Assembly: GCA_002269645.1 (NCBI GenBank)
Contig: NIVC01000882.1
Coordinates: 186,001-250,000, forward strand
DNA: 64,000 nt
Reading direction: 5' to 3'
Origin: Macrostomum lignano
Lineage: Eukaryota
Positions 51,225-64,000 of the stretch are shown piece after piece. Under the pieces are notes generated by a model. The model worked only from the letters and a program-made list of their open reading frames with translations, ran no database searches and was not told the DNA's origin. Numbering within the stretch: the first letter of the stretch is position 1; each line of letters starts with the position of its first letter. A program made the translations under genes and the position numbers.

Positions 51225-52630
51225 ATAAGAACAAGGACGAAAAGGAGGATAAGGAGGGTAAGGAGGATAAGGAGGGTAAGGAGGGTAAGGGTAAGGAGGA
51301 TAAGGGTAAGGAGCGTAAGGGTAAGGAGGGTAAGGAGGATAAGGATGGAAAGGAGGATAAGGACTAAGGAGGGCAAGGAGGATAAGGATGGAAAGGAGGA
51401 TAAGGAGGGTAAGGGTAAGGAGGGTAAGGGTAAGGAGGGTAAGGGTAAGGAGGGTAAGGGTAAGGAGGGTAAGGGTAAGGAGGAAAGGAGGATAAGGATG
51501 GAAAGGAGGATAAGGAGGGTAAGGAGGATAAGGAGGGTAAGGAGGGTAAGGGTAAGGAGGATAAGGGTAAGGAGCGTAAGGGTAAGGAGGGTAAGGAGGA
51601 TAAGGACTAAGGAGGGCAAGGAGGATAAGGATGGAAAGGAGGATAAGGAGGGTAAGGGTAAGGAAGGTAAGGGTAAGGAGGGTAAGGGTAAGGAGGGTAA
51701 GGGTAAGGAGGGTAAGGGTAAGGAGGAAAGGAGGATAAGGATGGAAAGGAGGATAAGGAGGATAAGGATGGAAAGGAGGATAAGGAGGATAAGGATGGAA
51801 AGGAGGATAAGGACTAAGGAGGGCAATGAGGATAAGGAGGGCAAGGAGGATAAGGATGGAAAGGAGGATAAGGATGGAAAGGAGGATAAGGGGGATAAGG
51901 AGGGTAAGGATGGAAAGGAGGATAAGGATGGAAAGGAGGATAAGGATGGAAAGGAGGATAAGGATGGAAAGGAGGATAAGGATGGAAAGGAGGATAAGGA
52001 TGGAAAGGAGGATAAGGGGGATAAGGAGGGTAAGGATGGAAAGGAGGATAAGGATGGAAAGGAGGATAAGGGGGATAAGGAGGGTAAGGATGGAAAGGAG
52101 GATAAGGAGGATAAGGATGGAAAGGAGGATAAGGAGGATAGGGATGGAAAGGAGGATAAGGAGGATAAGGATGGAAAGGAGGATAAGGAGGATAAGGATG
52201 GAAAGGAGGATAAGGAGGATAAGGATGGAAAGGAGGATAAGGATGGAAAGGAGGATAAGGATGGAAAGGAGGATAAGGAGGATAAGGATGGAAAGGAGGA
52301 TAAGGATGGAAAGGAGGATAAGGATGGAAAGGAGGATAAGGGGGATAAGGATGGAAAGAGGATAAGGATGGAAAGGAGGATAAGGATGGAAAGGAGGATA
52401 AGGAGGATAAGGATGGAAAGGAGGATAAGGATGGAAAGGAGGATAAGGAGGATAAGGATGGAAAGGAGGATAAGGATGGAAAGGAGGATAAGGGGGATAA
52501 GGATGGAAAGGAGGATAAGGGGGATAAGGATGGAAAGGAGGATAAGGATGGAAAGGAGGATAAGGAGGATAAGGATGGAAAGGAGGATAAGGAGGGTAAG
52601 GATGGAAACGAGGATAAGGATGGTAAGGAG
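51225..52630. repeat. Purine-rich low-complexity repeat (GAGGATAAGGATGGAAAG / GGTAAGGAG)
   Basis: Read directly; almost no C on the + strand. Confidence 0.95.
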
Positions 52631-53419
52631 AATTAAATTGATTGCAAAATCGATGTTAAGTAAATAAAAATAAATAATATAAAACAGATGAAAAGACTTT
52701 GAACAACACTGAGAGATCTGTTTTAGTCATATTTAAATTTTACGACACAATGTAAATGGTAACGTTTTCAATTATAAGTAGCATAGCTCATATGGTATCT
52801 TTATTTAATAAATATATATTCATACATCATAGATTCAAATATGTAGACTTGTCGGGCATCAAAGAAACAATCGGGGAGAGAAACACACGCCAGTGTACAG
52901 CACAAGCCGCTAGTTAATACGATAGCTTTATGACAAAATTCACCGCTTTTTCAATACAGTTACAAGTAGTATGAAGCGTACACGAAGCTATTTATTCATG
53001 TTAACATTAAAAAACTCCTGTTTTACCAAGAGCGAGCAAATTTCCAAGACAAGAGGAAGAGTTGTAATGCGCGGCTGGTCTTTGTGCGCGAGATTTCACA
53101 ATTAAACAGGCGGAATCCAACTGAATTATTAATATTGCTAAATCTATTCCTGTTGCAAATTCTAACGAGTATTGAGAACTGAAATTAGTAATTAGTTGGA
53201 TAAAATATTTTGGTTACAATTATAGCAATAGACAATTTGTAAGCGAAATGGGGATTCGTTAAACAAAAATAACTGCTAGAATTAAACTGAGGGGAATGTA
53301 TTTAATATACCAGTACATAATGTATATACTGCAGCAGGCAGTTTTATGCGTTGAAAAATAATGTTTTATGTTCATATAGGGCTGGCTGCTAGCAAATAAG
53401 TAGCAATTGCACATGCAGG

Positions 53420-54380
53420 GAGCAGGGAGAGGCGGCAGACAGCAGGGAGGGGCGGCAGACAGCTGGGAGGGGCGGCAGACAGCTGGGAGGGGCGGCAGAC
53501 AGCAGGGAGGGGCGGCAGACAGCTGGGAGGGGCGGCAGACAGCAGGGAGAGGCGGCAGACAGCAGGGAGGGGCGGCAGACAGCAGGGAGGGGCGGCAGAC
53601 AGCAGGGAGGGGCGGCAGACAGCAGGGAGGGGCGGCAGACAGCAGGGAGGGGCGGTAGACACAAGGCTGAGAAGGCCAGCAGACAGCAGGGAGAGGCGGC
53701 AGACAGCTGGGAGGGGCGGCAGACACAAGGCTGAGAAGGCCAGCAGACAGCAGGGAGAGGCGGCAGACAGCTGGGAGGGGCGGCAGACACAAGGCTGAGA
53801 AGGCCAGCAGACAGCAGGGAGAGGCGGCAGACAGCTGGGAGGGGCGGCAGACACAAGGCTGAGAAGGCCAGCAGACAGCAGGGAGAGGCGGCAGACAGCT
53901 GGGAGGGGCGGCAGACACAAGGCTGAGAAGGCCAGCAGACAGCTGGGAGAGGCGGCAGACAGAAGGCTGAGAAGGCCAGCAGACAGCTGGGAGAGGCGGC
54001 AGACAGAAGGCTGAGAAGGCCAGCAGACAGCTGGGAGAGGCGGCAGACAGAAGGCTGAGAAGGCCAGCAGACAGCTGGGAGAGGCGGCAGACAGAAGGCT
54101 GAGAAGGCCAGCAGACAGCTGGGAGAGGCGGCAGACAGAAGGCTGAGAAGGCCAGCAGACAGCTGGGAGAGGCGGCAGACAGAAGGCTGAGAAGGCCAGC
54201 AGACAGCTGGGAGAGGCGGCAGACAGAAGGCTGAGAAGGCCAGCAGACAGCTGGGAGAGGCGGCAGACAGAAGGCTGAGAAGGCCAGCAGACAGCTGGGA
54301 GAGGCGGCAGACAGAAGGCTGAGAAGGCCAGCAGACAGCTGGGAGAGGCGGCAGACAGAAGGCTGAAAAGGCCAGCAGAC
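53420..54380. repeat. Composite repeat: 20-nt (GGCAGACAGCAGGGAGG[G/A]GC) grading into a 42/62-nt higher-order unit
   Basis: Read directly. Confidence 0.92.
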
Positions 54381-55296
54381 AGTGATATGAGCAAGAAACG
54401 TAAAGAACTCGCAGGCCAGACAAAGGAAGCAGAATTAATAAACTGGCCAGCCTAGGCGGGCCTGAATCAAGCACTGATTCACACACGCGGCATGCATGAA
54501 GCAAAAGTGCATGTACACATTAAATGAGCACAGCGGGGTGGCGGGCAGGCAAGTTAAGTATTATACGAATTAATAATTTGAAACAAAAACCGACGGGCAA
54601 TAAAGGGGGTTTAAAATATTAATTAACCAATATTTATCTGCCGGCTAATTAACAGTTAAAACAAACAATCGATTGACATGTAGTTTTCTAAGAACTATTA
54701 CTCAGAATAACAAACTTTGGATTGATAATAAAAAAGCAACAAAAGAAAAATCAAAGATGACGCGACAGCAAAATAGCCAATTCGGAAGTATTCAATAGTT
54801 ATTTAACTGGATTTGAGATTCCGGCAGCCCCTGACATAATCAGTTATGATATTAGCTCATTAATTATTAATTGTTTAGTTAACAGCACGAATATCTGGAC
54901 ATATTTTCTCCTATAGTCTTCTAGATAAAGTTTATTTAAAAGTCGTTTCAGCTAATGTTCAATCAACTTTCTACTAACCACAGTAGGCTAGTTGGAGTTT
55001 TAATCAGCTATGGGTACTTTTGAGTCGGCAAACTGTTTTACAAGAAAGGCTAGATAAAAAAATCTAGCTCATGGCTGCGGACCAGATGAGAGAGGAAAAG
55101 AAGGCAGAGGTGAGAGTAGATATGAGAATAGATGAGGTGAGAGGGGGCGGGAGGAGAGAGTAGAGAGCAGAGAGGAGAAAGGAGAGAAAAGAGAGGAAAG
55201 AGCAGAGGAGAGAGGGAGAGAAGAAAGAAGAGAGAGAGACAGAGAAGAGACGCAAACCTTGAGCGGGCTGGATTGCTATTGTGACGTTTCCAAGGA

Positions 55297-55346
55297 CCCG
55301 AGGGCCGGATAGAGAGGCTTCGCGGGCCGCATTTGGCCGACCGCTG
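55297..55346 (-). mobile_element. Solitary hAT-Charlie-like terminal sequence
   Basis: Minus strand reads CAGCGGTCGGCCAAATGCGGCCCGCGAAGCC..TCCGGCCC, similar to hAT-Charlie MITE ends (CAGGGGTCGGCAAAC..CGGCCCGCG); partner end not found. Confidence 0.4.
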
Positions 55347-55507
55347 AAGTAAAAGGGGCTAAAAGAAGCTACACTTGCAAGTCTTGCTAATATTTCCACT
55401 AATTAGTGACACCGGCCAATGACGACAGTCAAATATTCTTTATGGTCCAGACTATCGGACAGATTTCTTAGAAACACATGGAACAGACAGGCGGGTCCAT
55501 TGAAATT

Positions 55508-58500
55508 CTACAGGAAAGGATTGGTACCGGCAGACGGAGGCTGCGGCTGCTGCTGATAATAAGGGGGCGGCGCCGGCCCGCCACCGAAGAACGGATTGGC
55601 CGCCTGCGCCTGCGGCTGCATGCCGAAGCCGCCACCTCCGCCTCCGCCGCCGCCGCCGCCACCTCCAAACGGATTAAACGGATTAGCAACAGGGCCGCTT
55701 GCCGTGGTGGCCGGGGCCGCCCAGGAGCCGCCGCCGCCGCCGCCGCCCCAGCCAGTATTCCAGGACTGCGACGCCGGAACGCCCATGCCGCCTCCCATGG
55801 AGTCCCAACTGGGCTGAGCACCGCCAGACCAAGGCGCTGTCGATATTGGCGCGCTGGTTGTGGCGCCGACGCCGCCGCTTCCGTTGCTGCCCCAGTTGAT
55901 GCCGACGCCGGCGTTGCCGCCGCCTCCGCCTGTCCAGTTGATTGGCCCGCTGTGCATTGCGGGCTGCTGGTGTCCGCCGAACACGGAGCCAAAGCCGCCT
56001 CCGCCGCCGCCTCCACCGCCGCCGCTGCCGCCAAAGCCTTCGCTTGAGAATGCGCTCGGACCTTGAAGGGGGATCCATTCAGATGGATATTAATAAACAT
56101 ATTCTGGCTTCTTAATAGGCCACTGTTCTGCCCTGTGACTCTTCTTGGTGGGTCACTGTTCTGTCCTGTGACTCTTCTTGGTGGGTCACTGTTCTGTCCT
56201 GTGACTCTTCTTGGTGGGTCACTGTTCTGTCCTGTGACTCTTCTTGGTGGGTCACTGTTCTGCCCTGTGACTCTTCTTGGTGGGTCACTGTTCTGCCCTG
56301 TGACTCTTCTTGGTGGGTCACTGTTCTGTCCTGTGACTCTTCTTGGTGGGTCACTGTTCTGTCCTGTGACTCTTCTTGGTGGGTCACTGTTCTGTCCTGT
56401 GACTCTTCTTGGTGGGTCACTGTTCTGCCCTGTGACTCTTCTTGGTGGGCCACTGTTCTGCCCTGTGACTCTTCTTGGTGGGTCACTGTTCTGTCCTGTG
56501 ACTCTTCTTGGTGGGTCACTGTTCTGTCCTGTGACTCTTCTTGGTGGGTCACTGTTCTGTCCTGTGACTCTTCTTGGTGGGTCACTGTTCTGTCCTGTGA
56601 CTCTTCTTGGTGGGTCACTGTTCTGTCCTGTGACTCTTCTTGGTGGGTCACTGTTCTGTCCTGTGACTCTTCTTGGTGGGTCACTGTTCTGCCTCTGTGA
56701 CTTCTTGGTGGGTCACTGTTCTGCCTCTGTGACTTCTTGGTGGGTCACTATTCTGCCCTGTGACTCTTTTTGGTGGGTCACTGTTCTGCCTCTGTGACTT
56801 CTTGGTGGGTCACTATTCTGCCCTGTGACTCTTCTTGGTGAGTCACTGTTCTGCCTCTGTGACTTCTTGGTGGGTCACTGTTCTGCCTCTGTGACTTCTT
56901 GGTGGGTCACTGTTCTGCCTCTGTGACTTCTTGGTGGGTCACTATTCTGCCCTGTGACTCTTCTTGGTGGGTCACTGTTCTGCTCATCTACATCCTTACT
57001 ACATCTGGATGGATCACTGCCCGGTCCTGTGAGCAGGTAAATGCCCATTGTTTCGGTAAGGGCAGAGAGTTGGCCTATTCATAGAATTTGGTTAAATCAT
57101 AATCACCAATTTGTTTTTAATAGGTCATTGCATGATAACAAACGGTTACAATAGAAAATGTAATAGATATAATAGGAATTGAGAGAAAAAATAATTAAAC
57201 CTGAAATAGCGCTGGAAAAACCTGAGTGCATATCTACAAATGCTTTACGACATATCTATCGCCCACAAATAAGTCAATATTGACGCACTTGCATAGAGCA
57301 GAATACGACTTATTCAGATCACATTCTGTGATAAAAAACCCAGCTGAAAATGCCGATGCGCCCCCAATTGCACCAGATAAAAAATTGTGCAACAACCTGA
57401 TAGGCTAAAAATAGAATAATTTAAGACTGTTGCTGATAAAGACAGAAAGATCAAGTGAAGTGGGAGAGGGGCACAGGGGTGCAAAAGACAAGTAGGTAGA
57501 GAACCAGAGAAGAGAGGACAGAGTGAGACAAGGAAGGGAAAGAGATAGTAGCAGACAAGAAGGGGAAGACAGGGGCAGACAAGAAGGGGAGAGACAGTGG
57601 CAGACAAGAAGGGGAGAGACAGGGGCAGACAAGAAGGGGAGAGACAGGGGCAGACAAGAAGGAGAGAGACAGTGGCAGACAAGAAGGGGAGAGACAGGGG
57701 CAGACAAGAAGGGGAGAGACAGTGGCAGACAAGAAGGCGAGAGACAGGGGCAGACAAGAAGGGGAGAGACAGGGGCAGACAAGAAGGGGAGAGACAGGGG
57801 CAGACAAGAAGGGGAGAGACAGGGGCAGACAAGAAGGGGAGAGACAGTGGCAGACAAGAAGGGGAGAGACAGGGCAGACAAGAAGGGGAGAGACAGGGGC
57901 AGATAAGAAGGGGAGAGACAGGGGCAGACAAGAAGGGGAGAGACAGGGGCAGACAAGAAGGGGAGAGACAGGGGCAGATAAGAAGGGGAGAGACAGGGGC
58001 AGACAAGAAGGGGAGAGACAGGGGCAGACAAGAAGGGGAGAGACAGGGCCAGACAAGAAGGGGAGAGACAGGGGCAGACAAGAAGGGGAGAGACAGGGGC
58101 AGATAAGAAGGGGAGAGACAGGGGCAGACAAGAAGGGGAGAGACAGGGGCAGACAAGAAGGGGAGAGACAGGGGCAGATAAGAAGGGGAGAGACAGGGGC
58201 AGACAAGAAGGGGAGAGACAGGGGCAGACAAGAAGGGGAGAGACAGGGCCAGACAAGAAGGGGAGAGACAGGGCCAGACAAGAAGGGAAAACAGGGCCAG
58301 ACAAAGCTCTCTTATGCTGAGTTAATAATGTAATGGCATTGTCTCCTGTAAAGAAAGTGAAAATTGACTCAAAAAGTCATGAAATCAATGCGAATCAAAG
58401 TGTTTTTGTGTAATTACAACAATTTCACAATATTATGAATGATTTGGTAAGCCTTCAAATCGAGTTTAATGATTGATATTTTTACAGACGGGTCCAGCTA

Positions 58501-61500
58501 AGCAATCGGTTAACTTACCGCTAGAGTGGCTAGCATCAGAGTGAGGGGTAGCTTGATCTATCGGTTGGCGAAACAGTTTAAAATGAAATTCATAACAAAG
58601 ATAATTTCAGCAAAAATTTAAACTCTATATCTGGTCATGGGTTAGATAATTACTTTTATTGTAATGTGCATTAACAAGAACACTTTAACTTGATATTGGC
58701 TTTTAGAAGCAGAACTAAAGTGACCATTTAATATTTTCTCCGGTTAACGGACCCTTGCTTTGCACTTTATATATTTGATTTAAATATCATTAAGTGCCTC
58801 TTTCAATAGCCAACTTTTTGTACACTACCATTTCGATAATGAATGGCTTGTAAAGTTGTGTTACGTGTGAATTTTTCAGCTTAGAGGGTACTGCTAAAAT
58901 TATTTAGGTTTTTTCCAGTTTATGAAACTTTGAGCTGGTAAACTCCCAGATCTTTCAGGCATGTGAACCAAATCTTTCAGGCATGTGAACCAGATCTTTC
59001 AGGCATGTGAACCAGATCTTTCAGGTATGTGAACCAGATCTTTCAGGCATGTGAACCAGACCTTTCAGGCATGTGAACCAGATCTTTCAGGCATGTGAAC
59101 CAGACCTTTCAGGCATGTGAACCAGATCTTTCAGGCATGTGAACCAGACCTTTCAGGCATGTGAACCAGATCTTTCAGGCATGTGAACCAGATCTTTCAG
59201 GCATGTGAACCAGATCTTTCAGGCATGTGAACCAGACCTTTCAGGCATGTGAACCAGATCTTTCAGGCATGTGAACCAGACCTTTCAGGCATGTGAACCA
59301 GATCTTTCAGGCATGTGAACCAGACCTTTCAGGCATGTGAACTAGATCTTTCAGGCATGTGAACCAGACCTTTCAGGCATGTGAACCAGGTCTTTGAGGC
59401 ATGTGAACCAGAATTCTCAAAATGATGAATTATCAAGCTTTGCCAGAGGACTAATTAAGCAATTCACTCTTACCCGAAGGTGCCGCATTGAACAGGTCGG
59501 CAAAAGCGGCATATTTATCGATGCCCGTGGCGCCACTGCTTGTCGACGCCGAGGAGGAGACAGCGGCGGCAGTGTTGCTGCTAGACATCGGCTGCAACGG
59601 GGCGCCGAACGAAGCAACTGGCTGTTGAGCGACCGACTGCGGCGGAAAGCCGCCACCGCCGCCGAAGAAGTCGGTCGAATTACCGCCTCCGCCGCCGCCT
59701 CCAGAGGCCAGCAGGTCAAAGTTGGCAAATCCAGTGTCAGCGGCCGATGAAGTCGGCGGTGCAGCCGCAGTTGTGCCGTTGCTGCTGCCGCCGAATAGAT
59801 CGGCGCCTAGCAGATCGACAGCGGCACCGCCGCCGCCGCCGCCAACAGCAGTTGGCGCAGCTGACGATGTGGCGGCGGCGACAGGCGCCACAGGCAGAGG
59901 CACCCCAACTGAGGTGGCGGCAGGCGCGGCAGTGGGCCTGGCCGTGGTGCTGGCCGAGCTGGCAGACGCTGGCGCCGGCGGTCCAGCCAGTTTAGCAGCC
60001 GCGGCAGACGGAGGCGCATTGATGCCCAGTATCGACCTCGCCCCCTTGGCGCCTTGGCCCTTCTCAATGCGATCGAACACCGGCTGATTGGCCGCGCGAG
60101 CCTCGGCGAACAGTTCTTCGCTTGGAGACACGTAGTAGCGCTTCTTCTCGTATTTAACGGCCATGAAATCGCGCACTGACTGCTCGTTGCTACGCGAGTC
60201 CGGTTCTGCCGGCATGCCGGCCTGCCGGTCGTGCAGGCCCAGCCAGACACGGCGGCACAGCTCGTTGCCGCGCGACTTCAAGAATTCCATCTCGTCCGCA
60301 GTGAAACTGGCCATGGAGATGGACTTGACCCGGTGGGGCGGGTTCAGGCCGCGACTGGGGGAAGGAGGAAGGATGTACAGAGCGCTGCTGTATCCAGATT
60401 ATGCCCAAGCAGAATTAATGTCAAATATTTCTACTTGGTCTAGGAATAAATAAAGTTATGACCATTTTACTATGACAATTCCTTTTAACTTTTGTAGTAT
60501 ATTTTCCCATAAGGACTGTAAACTGTTAAATGTACACAATAATTGAATAAATTTGTTGAAAAAATACAAGTCAAAAAATTGCATGAATAAATAGATTATT
60601 TTTCTAAATTTTGTAAATAGAAAAATAAATAATGAAAATAAATAAATAAATTCTTTCCTAGTGTTAAATGTTATTTTAGTATATTATGCCTTTTAACAAT
60701 TTATTGCTTTGCCATAAAGCATTTCTTGTGCTTTTGAACTGCATCATGTTTTCTTTTTATGTTCTTTTTCTTCATTTTAAGGTGGACACTGCGTCCTAGC
60801 TGTCAGTAATACTATACTTTATTGGGGAAGGGACATGTTTCAAATGCTTTACCTGTAACAAAATTTAAAATAAATTCTGAATTGAAAAATAGATGCCAGC
60901 AATGCGAGGCATTGGTCATGTATGTTAAAAAAGCATTTTGAAAAAAAAGTAAAGACATTACTAGTATTTTTACTATTATATCATAATTACAATATTGTTT
61001 TACTAAATGTTGGCACAATCATGTTGGCTAAATGACTAGAACAGATATGGAAAAATATTTTATTTACCATCCCCTCATGATTTCCTAAAATATGATTCCT
61101 AATTAGATATCTCATGACTTCTCAACCAAATGGATGATAGCTCTCAATTGGAAGAAATCAAATTCCATATGGTTTAATGTAATATAGATATAATGAAATT
61201 AGAATCCCATTATGCACTATAAATTCCTAAGCTCTAAAGTCTAGTCTATGAAAATTATGATGTCATGCATTTTTAAATGGTATTATATATAATTTACTTT
61301 GGAGTCTAACACTTTCTATTATGGTTCCTTAATTTTTGCTTATTTGGTATATATTGTACTATTTTTGTATATCACTTTTTTGTGACATCTTAATTATTTA
61401 GATATAGTATATAGTACATATATATATATGTATATATATATATTTATTTATAAGGAATACAACCCACTTTGGTAATAGCCATTTTGGTAAAAAAGCAGAT

Positions 61501-63727
61501 TTATGACTATAAACACTTCATTTTTATGATAATTAGGTTTAGCAATAATTATTTTAGTAATTAACATCTTAAATATCTTATTGCCACACATGGTCAATTT
61601 TTCTAGTTGAACTATATTATAAATTGTTTAAACTTGTGCATTAACTTTGTGAAAAATTTGAAAGCAAAAAAAAAATTAATGAAGAAAAAAATAGATTCTG
61701 TAATTTTAAGTCACTATTTGCTAACTAGATCAGAGATACTAATGCACACAATACACAATATTTGGTCAATTACAGGATGTCTCAGGTGCATATATCTGAT
61801 CTATCTAGAAATTAAAATAGATTGGTTAAAACACTTTTAAACAAGTTAAATGCATGCAGGTATGCATGTTTTGTCATTTTTTCTTTAAAGTTTGTCAACT
61901 GGCACATTCTTTTGGAGCATATCAATTAATATATGCAGACTGCATAACAATCCTCTGTCTATAGTCTGGAAGAGGATTATGGATAGGAAGATTATATGGA
62001 CAGAGGATTATATACGCTGGATTAATCTGGTGTATACTCATGATTTTTGGCATATAATTTTTTGGTTGTTTGAAATGTGGCATATTATCTGGCATCTAAA
62101 AATAGATAGTAAAAAAGTGGTATACATGTTCTTGCAGTTGCAGAATGAAATTGTAAAATAAATTTAATTTTAATTTAAATGGAAAATAATTATTTTTAAA
62201 GAATAAAAGAAATCTTGGCATATATTGACTTCCTACTATAAAGAATATCAGCAAAAAAGCAAAAAAGTGAAACAAAAGAGCAAAAAATGTCATTTGGTAT
62301 GCTGCAACACCAGAAACAAGGCTTGTAATAAGGCTCATTTTTTTCTAGGATTATGATTTTTGGTTGGAAAAAGTTTGGCATATACTGGTGTACCAAAAAA
62401 TTATGGGAGATTATAGTCTGGCATACATTCAGGGTATTCCAAACTATGGTCCTCTGTTTTAGAACTTCCAATAGGCTAGAAATCTATTTTTGCTATTATA
62501 CCAAATAGAAATGTGATGCAAACAATGTAGGTAATCCTTATTTGCACAGTAGGCTTACCAAGTAAATAGTGCCCACACTCTGGATCAGGTAGTATATGCC
62601 CAAAAATTTGGGCATGCATTAGCCTTGCACGCCAAAATTAGGCATGCACAGTTGGCATGCATCACTCCTGAGAAAATAGTATATGTGCACACCTGGCGTG
62701 TACTTTATAGAATCACACGTAAGAGATATTGTGAAGTAGAAAAAAGATGAAAAAAGTTCATTTTTAAGCACAAATTTCAAGCTTTCCAGTTTTTTCAAGC
62801 TTGTAAAAGAGCATTTAAACAAATCTTTTTGTGTATAAATTTTTCGCTGTAAATTGTATTGCCGAAAAAGCATAAAAAGCAACCAAATTATCTGGTAATA
62901 AAGGTCTATTATGCAATTTAAAAAAAGGTATTTTGTTGTCACAACAAAAAAAGGTCATTTAATATTGTCGCAATACCGACATATTTCAGAGAATGGGCGT
63001 GCACTAACTTTTTTTGCGTGCAGTTGTAATTATTTAATTTTTTAATAACAGCGCACAGATGGCGCACAGATGGCGCATAGATGGCGCACAGATTGTCCCT
63101 CTAAAATTTATTCTGGCACACACTCTGCCACCTTCCTGACTATGGCTTGCAAATAACAAGTGCCAACAATGTATGTTTTAGTTAGCAATAAAAATAATAC
63201 AAAATTTTTAATAGTATGTAAGTTCTATACTTTTTGGTTCTCTTAAAAAATTAACACCCAAACTGGTTTTCTTAAAAAAGATGGTTTTCAAACTGGTTAA
63301 CTGGTTCTCAAAAGGCACAGTTTTTGGCATCCATATTTGCAATTATTACTATTAGTATTAGTACCCTATCTTTTAGCTGAACTAGTCACTTTCTTTTGCC
63401 GAAATGTACATTTTATGTAAACTAAAAACTTTGCTGAAGATTCCCTCGCCAAAATGGGCTGCTCCCTAGCCTAGAGAGCCTACAGTGTACATCCATCTCT
63501 GCAAAATTAAAAAATATATTATAAATACAACTTCGAATTACAGATCAGATTTTTACTTACAGAATACCACTGCAACCAGTACAGATGAATGAACCGATTG
63601 TCATATTAACATAAGTAGGGCCACGTTGACTACAATCAAAGCAGTGTTTGTTTCCAGGCAATGAGACAAGCTCTCGCAAAATTTTTGTATTTTTTTCATC
63701 TTGCTTTTTCTTTGCCGCCGCAGACAT
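55508..63727 (-). CDS. AGFG1: ArfGAP with FG repeats (AGFG1/HRB/drongo family), about 533 aa; complement(join(55508..56061,59474..60354,63561..63727))
   Basis: KKKQDEKNTKILREL..NKHCFDCSQRGPTYVNMTIGSFICTGCSGIL|RGLNPPHRVKSISM is the AGFG ArfGAP zinc finger. The tail carries FG and NPF motifs (ANPFNPF, ANPFF, TNPFL*). Introns are GT-AG with phases 2 and 1 consistent. Confidence 0.93.
56118..56985. repeat. 33-nt minisatellite (CACTGTTCTGTCCTGTGACTCTTCTTGGTGGGT)n, AGFG1 intron 2
   Basis: Read directly. Confidence 0.96.
57510..58300. repeat. 25-nt minisatellite (GACAAGAAGGGGAGAGACAGGGGCA)n
   Basis: Read directly. Confidence 0.96.
58945..59410. repeat. 22-nt minisatellite (CAGATCTTTCAGGCATGTGAAC)n
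   Basis: Read directly. Confidence 0.96.
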
Positions 63728-64000
63728 TTTGACGCTTTTCAATAGGAAATTCTTTACTCGACCTGTGAAATTAAGCGTCCTATTACCATAAAAATATTAG
63801 ACTACGACAAAAGGGAGTTCAAAAGATTTAAAAACTTGTGATGGTGCGTTGATAGCACTATTTCATTCGTTAACAAGAAGATGAACGGACAGTGTGTTGT
63901 TGGATTTCCTAGAACACTGAATTAACCGTTTAAAACTTTTTTAAACAAGAAAATGCAGTTACAAAAAGCAGCTAATGTATTTTGTAGATGTAATACAGTA

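Noticed and set aside
51183-52667. 494-aa KEDKDG/RRIRME ORF
   Set aside because: It switches between two stop-free frames of a GA-rich repeat, and a second frame is also open; there is no domain or splice support.

Overview
Eukaryotic (metazoan) genomic DNA. GC-rich, Ala/Gly-rich exons sit among about 30 unrelated mini/microsatellites filling most introns and spacers. This style suggests a free-living flatworm such as Macrostomum (inference only). Seven spliced genes were reconstructed by hand, with GT-AG junctions and intron phases checked. On the + strand: a 7-EC protocadherin (1591-15119), then FAM136A, INTS5, CDC7 and PSMG3 in tandem (31359-47913). On the - strand: AGFG1 (63727-55508) and an unrecognised 289-aa gene (50866-49153). 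Mobile DNA: a 5'-truncated non-LTR retrotransposon ORF, a hAT-type MITE with a perfect 8-bp TSD and two related degenerate MITE-like elements. No rRNA, tRNA or CRISPR is supported. Best lead: all four tandem + strand genes have a 3' splice acceptor 9-11 nt before the ATG and spacers largely filled with tandem repeats, as expected for an SL-trans-spliced operon. Speculative lead: the 2.3-kb satellite starting at the INTS5 stop codon is an array of box C/box D-like hairpins. Most long ORFs in the supplied track are artefacts of repeats or of antisense frames.
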